A stretch of 61,100 nucleotides of DNA, counting the filler, from Diploschistes diacapsis (lineage: Eukaryota), in assembly GCA_023645945.1 (NCBI GenBank). It is 5 parts of 5 records of this genome, joined end to end, with 100 filler letters (N's around TTAATTAATTAA, not from the genome) between each part and the next. Parts side by side here need not be neighbours in the genome. Positions count along the whole stretch, not along the records: positions 1 to 7,608 come from JALAIB010001266.1; positions 7,709 to 15,315 come from JALAIB010001267.1; 3 more parts are not named here. One strand, written 5' to 3'. A program made the translations under genes and the position numbers. Below, one piece after another: positions 1-12,943 of this stretch. The stretch's first letter is position 1, and every line of letters starts with the position of its first letter. Under the pieces are notes generated by a model. It ran no database searches. It was not told the origin of the DNA and saw only the letters and a list, made by a program, of their open reading frames with translations.

Positions 1-49
1 GTTTTGGGGGCCGGGCCAAGGGGAAATGTGCTGCTGCTGGTTTACTCAC

Positions 50-134
50 GACCGAAGGAGCCGGCGCCGATTATGAGGATTGAACTGGGAGGAGGGCTTT
101 TTAGGGAGGTTGTTTCTGGGACTTGGTCGGACAT
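50..134 (-). CDS. First exon of an FAD-dependent oxidoreductase (sarcosine/pipecolate/fructosyl-amino-acid oxidase-like); remainder lies off the window or contig edge
   Basis: ATG at 134 reads MSDQVPETTSLKSPPPSSILIIGAGSFG (Rossmann GxGxxG), followed by a GTGAGT donor at 49. Confidence 0.7.
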
Positions 135-899
135 GTTGTGAAAACTGGGGGGTTGAAGGGCTCCCAGCTTGAAATTTCCTTTCTCTGTAGTTACTTCGTA
201 TACTTATTTTGTCCTTCGAATGAGGGGTAAGCTTGATGCCAGCGGGGCATTTGGCATGGGGTTTTCTGAGGTACACTAATCTTGGAGCGGTGTATACACG
301 TGGAAGAGAACACATCAAAACCATTAGCAGCATGCTTGATTACTACCTGCTAGATGTTTGCAAAAGACATCTATGGATAGCCGCAAGCTAAGCACTATTC
401 TCATGCTGACAACCAGATCAGACCCTGGTCAGGTCATGATCAATGTCAGCCTCTTCGTCTTCTGTGTGCAATCTTCAGACTACCCGCTCTCTCCTCTCCC
501 TTCTTTCATTCTGGAATGCCCAACCGCATCAACAAAACTGCAGCCGGCACAGTGATTAAACCGATCAAATAAGGCGGGCCGTATCGACCAGCGGTTGTTC
601 CGCCTTTGAGCTCGTAGGTCGAGCCCTCTATTAACAGTCTCTGAGGTATGCTTCCTCCAGCGCCGTTCAATGCAAGCAACAAAACAGGTAAGGGGGTATC
701 GGGCGGCAACAGTAAAGCCGAGCCATGGTGCACTAAGGCAACCAGTATCGTAAGGCGACGGGTGGTCGGCCGAATTTGAGATCATAACGCCATGAAAAAT
801 GAGAAGTTGTGCATAAAGATACAACAGAAATGAATTTTAGGTTGGCTGTGCTTCTTCGAGATCTCCGGCAATCCGTCGTGCTCAGTGTGCGGAACAAGT

Positions 900-1923
900 C
901 TAGTTCTTGCGAAAGTCTTGCTATAGTTAGTACCATTTTAACGATCCATATATATATATAAGATGCTTACCTTGAAGCACGGGATAAATCGACTCAAACG
1001 CTTCATAGATCTCCTCACGAACTTTGGCACCAGTCAAGACAATCTTGCCGGACACGAAGATGAGTAGGACAATCTTGGGTTTGATCATACGATAAATCAG
1101 ACCAGGGAAGAGTTCCGGCTCGTAGCTTGAGAAATTATGATGGCGACTAGCCAAACCCTCGAGACGAATGGGAAACTTGATGTCGCAAGAGCCAACGATG
1201 TTCTGGATCTTGAAGTCCATGAACTTCGCATTGAAGCCAAGCTTCTGAATAATGCGAGCATACTTGCGCGATGCAAGCTTCGAGTCGTCCTCAGACTTGG
1301 CACCGGTCACGACCTGATACGGTGAGCCTCAAGACAGCGTCAAGGGTATAGTCAAAGACTAACCATCTTGCCACTAGCGAAGATAAGCGCCGTGGTCTTG
1401 GGGTCTCGAATGCGCATGATGACAGCAGCGAAACGCTATATAGCTTCAGTATGCATTTCCTAAACCACTGCAGCTCCGTGAGCAGGCAGTACCTTTGGGT
1501 TGTATTCAGCGTTTCTCGCGTGCAAAGCGATCGTCTTCAAGTCCAAGCGGCAATCGAGGTTCACCGTTGCGACGATGTTCCTTTGGGAAAACGCTATTAA
1601 GCCTCAAGCCAGAGAAAGGCTTAGGCAAGAACTTACTGTAAGGTAGGAACAATCCCACTTGCACTCGTCGTCACTGCACCAGGCGTTGCAGCAGGAGTTG
1701 TGGGTGTCACCCCAGTGCCTTTAACCGCGGCATTTCCTCCTTTGTTCTGCTGACCGTTGATTGAACCGTTCGTCATTGGAGAGACTCCATTCGCCTGTAT
1801 TATTCCGTCTTTTTCAGAAGGGGGCGTGAGGTCTCCTGCTCCACCAGGCATAGACAGCGAGGTAGGAGAGATGAAGTTCTTGGCCTGCTGGGCAGTTGTC
1901 GGATGAGTCGTGAGACTGTCCAT
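900..1923 (-). CDS. SPT15: TATA-box binding protein, 5 exons (1923-1637, 1580-1493, 1435-1364, 1313-971, 916-900)
   Basis: Spliced translation gives IVPTLQNIVATVN...[56 protein letters not shown]...[13 protein letters not shown]...DFRKN*; GT-AG introns. Confidence 0.98.
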
Positions 1924-2744
1924 GGCGATCTTGATATCAAAAAGTATTTGATGGTAAGATCAGAATATGAGATGATGAAGAAAACTACGGTCTAGGAAAG
2001 GCGGAAGTCAGATTTCGTCTTCGGAGGTGCGGTATCAGTGTGAGGTTTTGAAGAGAGGTGATAGCGACAGGTGCCCGACAAAACAGATAAATCTCGGCGG
2101 AGTATTACTGAAAGAACAGTTTGCAACACCGTAGACACGTCGAGAATCAGGAGTTTGTAGAATCCTGATGATCCGCAACGTGCGCAATGAGGCCGCCGAG
2201 GGTTGAGATATTCGTACCGGTTTGTGGGAGATAAACAAGTCAATGTCTCCCCTACAGCCTCTTGTAGCTAGGACCACCTCCGAAGATCGCTGTGAATCTT
2301 GTTTTAATTTCCTTCAGTTGCTGAGCCTGCAACCACAGTGCGGTACCCCACTTTCGTGAGCGGATGGCGCAAGAGGTTAAGAGTGAGTCCACGGTGTTTG
2401 AGCGGAGTCGCAAAGTTGTACCCAGCAAATATGGGTTAAGGAAAGAAAGTATTATGTAAGCAAGTGGGAAAGAGTGAGTCACTTTTTCGATCTCACACGA
2501 CCCTTGGTAAGGGAAAAAATAGCAAATTCGAAACCTTGCGACTCTCCTCTCAATGGAAGCGAGTTCTAGGGCGGATTTTGATGGTGTTGACGGCTGGGTG
2601 TTGGCTCGTCAGTATGTATGGGCGGAAATGGAGGGGCGGGTGCGAAGAAAAATCCAAAAGTAAAGAATGGGGGATTGGCGAGCCTTAAGTAAGTTTTGCG
2701 AGGGACCATTGAGCCCTGAAAGTGGCTCGCTCACTCACCCACCG

Positions 2745-2792
2745 ACAGAGCCACAGAGCCACAGAGCCACAGAGCCACAAAGCCACAAAGCC
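2745..2792. repeat. 8-mer tandem repeat (ACAGAGCC/ACAAAGCC) x6 upstream of TBP
   Basis: Directly visible. Confidence 0.9.
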
Positions 2793-3282
2793 TCATAATC
2801 CTGCGCATTGCATTACCCATTACGCATTACGCATTACCCGCAACTAGGATTTGCCAAGCTTCCTTGAACGCCAAAGCAACTTGCCTGATGAACAAAATTT
2901 TTTTACACGAGAAACCAAATGGGTTTGACGGCGCATCAGATCATCTTCTCCTCCAGATGGTTCTTTACACATTAGCTATTGGCTACCTTGTTACTGGAAA
3001 TTTATGTACGCTCACTACGCTTGAAATATTCTCGCGAGGCTGTAACTCGGTTAATGTGCAGCCTTGTGCCAAGAATATGCAAACACGAAGCTGGCTATTG
3101 CATTGCTGGGAAGTTTAACACTCAACACTTTGACATTGCAAGGTCCACCCGCCCGGCCCAACGATTCAAGATCTCCATAGGCAGTAATGACAGGCCTAAT
3201 AGCCCCATAACCTAGTAGGGGGACACCTTTTACTGTCATAGCGTTGACGTTTTCCATATCCTCTCTACCATCCCACTGAGCA

Positions 3283-4339
3283 CTATCCAAACCGTCTTTT
3301 CGCCAGCTCAATGAAGCCTTGCATGGTTTTCTCTTCTCTGTCCCTAAACTCTCTTTGCCTCTGCTCTCTTTCCTCCCTTTTAGCCCGAGAGACCTCTTCC
3401 CGCCTCAGCTCTCGCTCGCTTTTCTGTCTCTCCATCTCCATCCTCCGCATCTTGAAGCTTGTCAGGTCGTCTTCATCGCCACCCATCAGGTCGCCATCCG
3501 CCACCTCCGGCATTCCGTCCCCTTCCTTCGTGGCTGCAAAATTTCTATTCGACGAGGCTAGATCTGCTTTCTTCTCCAGCTGGCGCTCTCTAGTTCCTGC
3601 TTGTGCTCGAGGGACAAGCTCGTCTAAACGCTGCTTTTCAAGTGCCTTTTGCGCGCGTCGCTCGTTTCGTAGTGCTGAGCGATCGCTTTCGGCTGCATCC
3701 TCAGCATATTCTATTTAATTTAGCCGAAGCGCTTATTAAATGAGGGCCATCTCTACTTTAATACCTCTTTTGAGCTCCAAGTCCCTCAGTAAGGGTATCG
3801 CTGGTCCCGCTCGGCCTGACCCGCCGCGCCCACCGAGTAAACTTATCGGTATTTGGGGCCCAGGCTGGTCATCGTCACTTTCGGATTCCATTTGTCCGGC
3901 GCTTTCTGTGTCAATGGGCGCCTTGTGTGTTTGATTCCGGGTCCTCGGACCAATGGGAGCATGTCTGAGCATAGATGGATCGTACCAACCCTCTGCTAGT
4001 TCTCCACGATTCCTCCATACGTTAGCCTCTTTGAATTCGGATGTGAACCTGAACAACGGAATTCAAGAAGGGAGTCTACCATTTGCCAACAAAGCTCTTC
4101 CATCTTCCTTTAATTTCGCTTCCCTCAAGGTCGATCAAAGAGAGCCCTTTTTGTATCTCCAGGTATGATGTGAACAACAGCTTTGTTGCCTCGAAGTCAT
4201 GCTTGCTCAAACTTTTGGCGCCCAAAGGAAGCGAGGCTGGGGTCCTTGCCGGCGATGGCGGTGAGCGTTGCCGATGTCGCTTATGGCGATGTGTGCCATG
4301 TCGGCGCAGGCGCGGCGAACGTGAGCGATGCCTTTGCAT
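3283..4339 (-). CDS. Fungal hypothetical protein, RS-rich N-terminus and charged coiled-coil C-terminus, 3 exons
   Basis: ORFs 4076-4339, 3736-4056 and 3283-3513 join through two introns into ...WKSFVGKWNRGELAEGWYDP...LKRE...LDELVPRA...ELAKRRFG*. Confidence 0.8.
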
Positions 4340-4816
4340 TCTGCATTCAAAGCTAGTGTGGTCAGCACCACGATCGTGACTTGAGTCGATTTGCTGCAGC
4401 AGACGAGGATTTCAAAAGAGCATTTCAAAATACGGTGCTGATAGTCGTAGTTGCTCGATTAGATCAAGCTACAATCACCAGATGGCGGTGGTAAAGGATT
4501 ATTCTGTTCAGTTGCGTCCTCAAAAACGAAGCTTGAAAGAAAGCGACACAACTAAGTTGAAGGTTATGTAACTTGGGCTAACTGTAAAAATCCTAGTCTA
4601 GATTTTGGCATCCGGTAGCTCAAACCGGCTGGCTCTATGTTAAAAGCTTCGATCCAACAAAATTCAAATGGAAACACAGGTTTATTCAAACGCAATTCTT
4701 GCATGGATTGTACGTCTAGTTATGAGATTCTCCCTTTGACTCAGTGATGAACGCCTTTCGCGTTTGCTCCTCATGCTTGAATTTTCATAAGCTTACAAAG
4801 CTCCAAGGGCACAACA

Positions 4817-5784
4817 ATGAAACCTTCAAAGGGCCTCCTGCGTCGCATACAGCTTTTTCAAGCCTTGGCCGGGAGATCAAGCAAAGAGGCTCCTATCAGA
4901 TGGATGAGTAGTCACCAGCGCTATCGAACACAGCCAAAGGTATCCCGAATAAAGATTCCTGGTCCATCACCCTTGGAACCTCGGACCGTGGCCAAACGAC
5001 GACTCATTCACTTGGGGGGTGTAGTTTTCTTTTTCGTAGGCCTATACGCAACGTACAGTTACATAAGAGCGCCAGTGGTACAACGGATGGCATCCAAAGT
5101 TCCGGCGGACGTCTCAGATCGGTACGATAAGATAGCAAGAGACTTCGATAGCGAGGTTGGCATTACTGAGAAAATCTATGGCTATGGCTGGTTGCGAAGC
5201 TGGATCACCAAGGAGGCGACTGGAAATGTTCTCGAAGTTAGTGCTGGAACAGGAAGAAACTCTGCGTATTACAATCTGAAGAACTGCAAAAGCATTACCC
5301 TCGTCGACCAGAGTCGCGAGATGATGGAGATTGCGGAAGAGAAGTTTAGAAGTTTGTCGCGTTTTCTACATCGAGTTGTTTGTCACTAATTGGTAAAGAG
5401 AACCATCCAACCTACAAGCCCTGCCGGTTCATTACTCAGTCGGTGCTCGATTCGCTCAACACGCCTCCCGAAGGCTTTGACACTGTGCTGCAGACTATGG
5501 GTATCTGCTCGGTTGCGGATTCAGTCCACTTGTTGCATCGATTGGGCTCGCTCGTCAACCCCCACCATGGGCGCATTCTTCTGTTAGAGCACGGAAAGAG
5601 CTACTACGACTGGCTTAACTCCTGGCTCGATAGCTCAGCTCCCAGCCATGCCGATAGATATGGCTGTTGGTGGAATAAGGATATAGGCAGGATTGTTGAG
5701 GAAAGCGGGCTCGAAGTAGTCACGATGAAGCGGTACCACTTGGGAACCACATGGTGGATTGAACTGAAGCCGCGCAAGAACTAG
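4817..5784 (+). CDS. OMS1: SAM-dependent methyltransferase, mitochondrial OMS1-like, 2 exons (intron about 5352-5398)
   Basis: Basic presequence and one TM segment, VLEVSAGTGRN motif I, FDTVLQTMGICS, ILLLEHG, HADRYGCWWNKDI. Confidence 0.8.
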
Positions 5785-7608
5785 GGGGTGACCAGTATTT
5801 GGCACTCAAAGCAGCCTTGTGCTTGGGATGAGTCATCAGAAGACCGAAGACTTGTTACGCGAACTCGTCCAGCGGACTGCCTTCCTGAGCCACGGCCAGG
5901 CTACAACATCTATGGAGAATCTTCCAGAGGTTGATTGGCTCACAAGTTCGAGCCGCAAGGTCGATGGCGGGGATGATGGTCAGAGCTCTGTAGCCTTGAG
6001 TTCGAGCGGGGAGGCCAGGCAACAGCCTCACTTCTTCTTGATTTGGGATGTGCGGACTTTTACACCGGCAAGGATGCTGCGCGTTGATCATCTGCGCTTC
6101 AATATCATGTCCCACATTTCTGGTTTTCTGTTAAGGTACAGGTATGTATGCTGTTGCATTATTCAAAGCAAACATTGACAACGAAAGGGCTATAAAGAAT
6201 CTACCTGAACGGAAATTGAAAATGGGGAAATTGAGCACGCGGAATGAGACATCTCCGATCACTGTGCCCAAGCGGAAGTGGCGCAAATTGGAGCATCTAG
6301 GCTCAAAGTTTCGGGGAGCCGTTGGTGGAGCTGACCACGTGATCGGAATGAATGAATGAATGAAAAACGTTTTCTGCCTTTTTCTTTTTCCGTCCAATAA
6401 TCAGCCAATAACCAATAACCATCGCTCCCCGGTGCTCCTTTTAACGTGAATTGGCGGGAAAGTGACTGCTAGCGCGAGCATTTTGGTTTTAGTGCAACGT
6501 GAGGGCCACGCTGTTGCCGGCAATTATAAGTCAATCAACAAATACCATCAAAGACGAGAATTTCCAGATGTTCTGTTTTGGAGCGCGTCCTTGCGGAACC
6601 ACACACAGCAGGTTCGTGCATCAACCTACAGACATCCTAGAGTGCAGCTTGGGGAGAAGCACAGATCTGGTTCTACGATACCGTACTTTTACCGTTTGAA
6701 GGTTCTACTGGTACGGTTTATCATGAAAGAAGTTGTATGCCCAAAAGGGACAAGCTTTGCTAGTTAGGATGACTAGCCCGTTTTCTAACAACTAGTTAGT
6801 GTGGGCTATTGGTTCGTCTCAGACAGCCGATTAGCTACCAGACCAAGGGGAGGCAGCACCCGGGGGGGGGGAGATCTACCAGGCAAATTCTGCCACTCTC
6901 AACGTCACTATCATTCAAGACGCTCTCGTCAATCCGTCACCGCCTCCACCGCCTCCACCAAGCAAACCCTCATGTTCATTTTTCTTGTTGTCTACAAGAA
7001 CTGGTTGCGGTCATACAAAGCCCCGCCACTCATCTGAACTGAAAACGAACTTGAGTCAGTGGGCGCTTCTTTCAGCTCCCGCTTAGAATCCAGCACGAAC
7101 TTTGCGCCCACATGAATTGAAGGTGAAGGTGAGAGTGAAAAGGGAAAAAGAGGTGGCATCCTAGGAAGGGCGGTAAGCGTTGAGAAGTTGAGAAATTGAG
7201 AAGTTGAGATGCACACCCTACGTCGTACCTGCCGGGGCCCCCGGTTCAGGCCTGTTTCCGTCTGTTTCCGAGCCTTGTCGCCTTGTCGCGTAATTGGAAG
7301 CTTGGGAAAAGCGCCCGATCTTTCTTGTATCTACTCTACTGCCTACTACCCACTTCTACTCTAGCTCTACTCTCCCCTTTCCTAGAAAACCCTGAAGCCT
7401 TGTCACGACTCACTCACTTACGGGTAGCCCAGTGTGCACTAAGGTCGCTAGATTACTACTTAGTAGTACCACCAGCTAAAGTTTAAGTTCCCCTTCCAAG
7501 TCGTCCCACTGTTTTTTCCCCTGGGAGTTTGTTTCCATCCAGTTGTTGTTGCTCCAAAGCTCCAAGAAACTCCCTCCGTCTCCTTGAGCAACCTCCCCCT
7601 CCCTTCCC

Positions 7609-7708
7609 NNNNNNNNNNNNNNNNNNNNNNNNNNNNNNNNNNNNNNNNNNNNTTAATTAATTAANNNNNNNNNNNNNNNNNNNNNNNNNNNNNNNNNNNN
7701 NNNNNNNN
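7609..7708. other. Artificial contig linker N44-TTAATTAATTAA-N44
   Basis: Identical 100-nt spacer with stops in all six frames, seen 4 times. Confidence 0.97.
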
Positions 7709-8054
7709 GGGGCAAGAAGGGCGGGGCACGCAAGAAGGCGGCTGCTGCTGCGGTGGGCAAAAAGAAGGAAGTTAGTATGGACGATATGTACCATGAAGGT
7801 AAGGGCTCTTGACCTTCCGTGCCTTGTTAGTTCAGTTGGCTAATACAACGTGTTTTATAGGGGAAGGCCATTTCGACGAAGGCAGCGCCAAGCCCTCTGG
7901 CGCCGCGACCCCGATGGACAGCGACGCCAACGTGGCAAAGCCGGCGGCGACGACGACGACGACGACGACGGCCAAGCGCGGCCCGAGAGGGTCGAAGAAG
8001 GCGAAGACCATGAAGCAGCGGCTCGCTATTATCGACGGCAGCGGCGATGCCTGA
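7709..8054 (+). CDS. 3' part of a Lys/Ala-rich low-complexity hypothetical protein (5' end lost at contig edge)
   Basis: GKKGGARKKAAAAAVGKKKEVSMDDMYHE, then a GTAAGG...GCTAAT...TAG intron, then GEGHFDEGSAK...KRGPRGSKK...DA*. Confidence 0.55.
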
Positions 8055-8977
8055 GCATTGTTGTCGGCCACCGTTAACATTACCATCTGCAAGCAAGTAA
8101 AATAGGCTGGTTGGAATTGCTGGACTCGGGGTCTGATATGTGTATGGATACGGGTCTCTAAGGCTAGATTTTGTTCTAGGATGTGCATGTGCATTGCGGC
8201 AATATTAATGGCTAGTTGCTTTCAAGGACGGAGGGGGGGGAGGGGGTTATTCGGGCTCAGGCAAGCAAGGGGGCCATAGAGGGGGTTGGGTTTCCTTTTA
8301 GAGGTTTGCTTGTACTGATATCGCTACCGAGGGTATGGTTCTGAGAGTATGTCATGGATATGGCGCTGAGGGTATACCATTTGCCTGTGCGCGGCTGTCA
8401 TTGCTGATGGGTTAGCGATTTTGAAAAATGGTGAACGGTGATCGGTGATCGGCGAATGGCGCGAACCTGGTTTCGGTCTCAGGGGGTTGGAGTCCGTAAG
8501 GAAGACCTTTGCGGTGAAGGGTTGGGGGGGGCTTTTCTTGCATAGCTGGGGATTACTATCTATCTACTATAGAGAATTCGAGCAATTCGAGAAAAAAAAT
8601 TTGATGCTAAGGATTGCTGGCATGGGCAGCGGGTTGGGATGTCGGTAGCTCCCATCTCCGGGTCGTCGTCTTGCGCTGCTGTTGCTGCTGCTGCTGCTTG
8701 AAGTATATTTAGTGCTGGGGTTGCTCGTACAGTTGAGGCAAATACTACCTGCGTGCTTTTTTTCCAGGCTTTTTTGAAATGTGGTAAATGTGATAACTCG
8801 CAACGGTTGTCTATGGTCATTGAAGGAAGTCCCTAAATTCAGCTACAACAGGGGGGCAACGGGTGGTAGTAGGGGCGTGAAGCCCTTTTTTGTTCGGTCC
8901 TACATTCCTTTCACGGTACGGTAACGGCTTCTACTTCTTCGTTGGCACAACTTTACCCAGGCAACATTTCGCTCTCC

Positions 8978-11133
8978 TCATCGTCGGAATACCACGTCAC
9001 CCTCGCCGTCTCCGTTGTGGCTTCGAGCAGACAGTTCCGTCACGTGAACGCCGCCGAACTCGAACCCGAGGCTCGAGAACGGGAAGCTTGCGCGGCCTCC
9101 GCCCGTTCCGACGACGACGACCTCCGCGTGTATCGCTTGCTTTGCGCCATCCGGATCGTGTCTCCGGAAAACAAGGTGCTGTTCCTGCTGGAGGGTCGCG
9201 GGGTTGTTATCGTGGTCTGCAGACCAGATGGTTATTCGGTCCGTGGTTTCCTCGTACCGCCAGATCGAACGGTGTTTGCTGCCGGGGTTGCCGGGACTGC
9301 CGATCCTGTCGAGAAGGCACACGTACTCGTAGTCGTGATCTCCGCCGCTGGGCCGGCGGGGATGGAACCTCATGCTGCCGGCAGAACCGGCAGGACCGGC
9401 AGGGTCGCTTTCGCTTGAATCCCTCTGGCTGGACTGGGTGTCCGCTTTCCAAAAGCCATGGATCGAGCGGAACACCGCTCTGGCTAGAAAGCGAGTCGTC
9501 TCGAGCGCTTCTTTCTCCAGCTTCTGGAGCTCGGCCATGGTGTTTTCGGACTCTGGAGCCTGGCTTCCGGAGTCGAGGTAGCGCGCTGCACAGACCATGC
9601 CTTGCCTGGGCTTCCAGGCCAGGTCGTTGCGGACCAGCTCCATGTTGCGGGCTGCCTGCTCCATGAATCCAACGCAGTCCCCCCAGAATGTTTTGCGGTA
9701 CGGAGTTGCCGCTCCTCGGCGTGTCTCGGAAACTCTACTGCTTCTGACAGACCATCGACAATGGAAGGGACGTATGGATTTGGTTTCCCGTCCGCCAATA
9801 CTGAGAATCTCTCGGCCGCCTTCCGAGCTTGCATTTCGAGTATGCCCCAATATGGCCCGCCGCCAAAGCCAACGAGAGCCAGGTCTGGCAAAGCAGCAGT
9901 CGTTGTACAGAGATCCGTGTCCAGCTTGAAAGGTAGACGAGGGATCCTGGGCTCGAAGCCAAGCCGCTCTTTGATGTGTTCTTCTAGGAAGCCGAAGTTT
10001 GTCGTTGTCTCAAAGCCTGTAGCGTAGACGGTCGCCGTGATGTCTCGAATCTCTTTAGTCGCAAAGATCGTCGCCGAGAGCAGCTGATTTGGCTGCACTT
10101 TAAGTGAAACAACTCGGCCGATTCTGGGCACGATGGAGCCCGAGCGAACAAACTCCAAATACTTGTCGCCCACAACTGCGCAGGGTACTCCTGAGTGCTT
10201 TGCCTCTTCCGGAACGCCGCTTGAGAGCGTCTCTGATGGATTTGCCCCATTTGTTATAGCAACGATCTGATCTCTAAGAGCCTTTTCCTTGTCCTGGCCC
10301 ATCGTGCCAAGAGCAAAGTTTATAGTCTCTTCCGTTCAATTCGACAGCTCATACAGTGAGAAATCGAGGGGAGCGAAAGTCAGGTTCTCTTTTCCCAACT
10401 GGGTAAAAGAAGGAATAGCATACATCGGATGCGGTGTGGCATGAATTATCTCCAGAAGCGGAGCCTCAACTCCTCGGAGCTCGTGGTTTGTAGAAGCACC
10501 CAACGCCATCGATGCAGCAATCTCACCTCCTGAATGGGATCCTCCAAGGACAAGAACTTTCCGGGACTGGAGTACGACTCCATTTGAAGCAATGTCCGAG
10601 AGCCCTCGGTATCGAGAACTATGTACAAGTAGGGACTGGGGCTTGCTCTGCCGAGAAGCCGCCAAGTTCACAACTCAAAGCTCCTGGTTCTTCCAGAAGC
10701 GACAGCCAAGAAGTCATATGTGTCGTGCAAATCTCACTGGTAGACGCATGGATCGTAGTAACTTCCCACTTAATGCCCCATCCAGAGTTCACCCGGGGTC
10801 TTTTTATTACCCTGGTAGCGAGGCAGATAATGCCGTCAGGTATATATCTTTCGGCGTATTTTTCCAAATACCGTCCAACCTGCCATGCTTTTGGATAGAT
10901 GGGAGCAGGTGCAGGATGTTCAGTGTGTTCCATCCGAACCATCATGAAATATGTCAACGGCATCCCAGGAGAGATCTGAAAAGCAGACAGTGAAGCGGCA
11001 CAAAATTCGTTCGCATCTGAGGATTATACGGACACTGAAAGTCTGGTCCGGGTAAGAATTTAGTATGGTCTTGGTAGTGTCAAGACCCGACCGCCCGCGC
11101 GCCAACGATGGCTACCGACTTCGATTAGAGCAT
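8978..11133 (-). pseudogene. Flavin-containing monooxygenase-like gene with an extra C-terminal domain (DUF6314-like), disrupted
   Basis: KSVAIVGA/G(R)SGL..KTIL FAD motif with an in-frame TAA at codon 3 and a frameshift; KVLVLGGSHSGGEIA NADPH motif; ATVYATGF; GPYWGILEMQAR. Pieces lie in different frames (10619-10963, 10336-10671, 9484-10302, 8978-9850) without clean intron joins. Confidence 0.75.
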
Positions 11134-11703
11134 ACCAGCCAGTGTCTATACGGCCCCCAGCAGTGTCTATACGCGTTCAAAAGGTGAAGTTTTCGCTGTT
11201 TGTTTTACCTTACCCATCTGGGCTATCACTCTCGAGTATTCCTTCACCACGACCGGAGTCTACCTGTGTAGGTCAAACAGCCGCACTTTGTGTTTTCTCC
11301 ATTTGTTCTGCACCTGACGTGGATGTTTCCAGAGTTATGCCGAAGAACGAGCGAGGTTACATGGAAAGAACGCAATAAGAAAAGCAAGGCAACTAGATTC
11401 AATATGAATCACGAGAATCGTGGCGTCTGGAGAGGGTGTGCGAGAAATGTCTTGACACGGCATCTTTTTTCAGCTCCGCATCAACAAATTCTCAGCCACT
11501 CGATCTTTCGTTCCAGATCTCCGGTATATGTGGGAAGTGAGGGGCCATCAGCGGTGCTGCTTCCTGGTCTGGCGCCAGTGTACGGCTAGATAAACCTTTG
11601 ATCCAGGATTTGGAAGGGCATAAGCTCATGTTTCTCATCGTGTGATACTCTACAATATCCTAAAGTCTTATTCTCTCAGCGTTTCTACTTGGTCTTCTTA
11701 GTC

Positions 11704-12757
11704 ATGAGCATGTTCCAATTCAAGGTCTGACTAGAAGCATCTCAACCTTGTAACAAGCTGATTGATCCAATCAAGGCTATTGCATGGACTCTGTGCTCAG
11801 CAGCTACTATCCTAACGGCTGGGCGGTTCTGGATCCGCCGACATAGGCTCGGCAAGCTGCAATGGGATGACCACCTAAACAGCCTGGCACTGGTAGCCCT
11901 CATCGCCTTCATTACAACCTATTAAGTCTACCTGCCGTACCAATACGAACTCGAACTTTACGGTCTGGGCCAGAGCACCATCGTCCCGACAACCGACCAG
12001 CAGTACTTCCTCCTCAAAGTGGAACTCGCCAACGAAATCCTCTTCTGGTTCACCATCTTCTTCGTCAAGTTCTCCTTCCTCGCCACATACTGGTACATCT
12101 TCAACGTCTCCACCGGTTTCCGCAAAGCATGGTTCCTGCTTGTCGCCTACACCGTCCTCACCTTCTGCCTCATCACCCCGGCAACGGCATGGCAGTGCGG
12201 CGACCCCGCCAAATACGCCGACCTGACCCAGTGCAACCTCCCCGTCTACCAGATCACGCTCAACACCATCAGGTACTGGTGCGTGCTCAACGTCCTGGGC
12301 GATCTCCTGATCATCGCACTGCCCTGCATGATGCTGCGCAAGCTCAAAATAGACCGCGCGGACAAGCTCGGCCTCGCCTTCGTCTTCGCGCTCGTGCTGG
12401 TCATCATACTCTTCGACCTTCTCCGCTCCGTCTTCACCGTCGACGCCGAAGCAAAGCAGCTTTCCCGATTCAAATGCGGTCTGGGCGCTCTGCGAGCCGA
12501 CCATCGCGGTCATGGTGTGCGCGCTGCCGGCCTATCGCGCTCTTCTGCCGTCGAAGAGCAAGAGGGCGCAGAGGAGCTATCTCGAGCTGCTAAGAGAGTC
12601 GGAAATGGAGGACTCCAGGAGGGCGAAGTTGAAGGCGTCTCGGTTAGACAAACCAGAGGCTAGGGACGCGGTGACGCCGTTGTCTGGGACCGGCGGGAAT
12701 TGGGGAGATGGACTCGATGAAAGAGAGGAGCATTACGGAAAGGGTCTAGGTTCATGA
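11704..12757 (+). pseudogene. PTH11-like (fungal rhodopsin-domain) integral membrane protein, disrupted
   Basis: RFWIRR..LQWDD, IFFVKFSFL, NVLGDLLIIALP, WALCEPTIAVMVCALP motifs; in-frame TAA at 11923-11925 and a +1 frameshift near 12460. Confidence 0.8.
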
Positions 12758-12943
12758 GGAAGAGAACCTTGGGCAAGGACCGGCTCTTGTGTGAAACTCG
12801 CTTGCTATACACTAAAGCGAGAAACGCTAGAAACGTACTGAGTAGTTGTAATGTCTCACGCCAAGTAGCGTGATTTTGACTAGGGATAACTCTTTTTTCC
12901 TTTACGGAAATTCACTCTCCGCCAGGCTGAAAACGATCGGCAA

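Noticed and set aside
7653..7664. TTAATTAATTAA palindrome recurring about every 7.7 kb as a biological periodic element
   Set aside because: Always centred in exactly 44+44 Ns; it is a synthetic six-frame-stop linker
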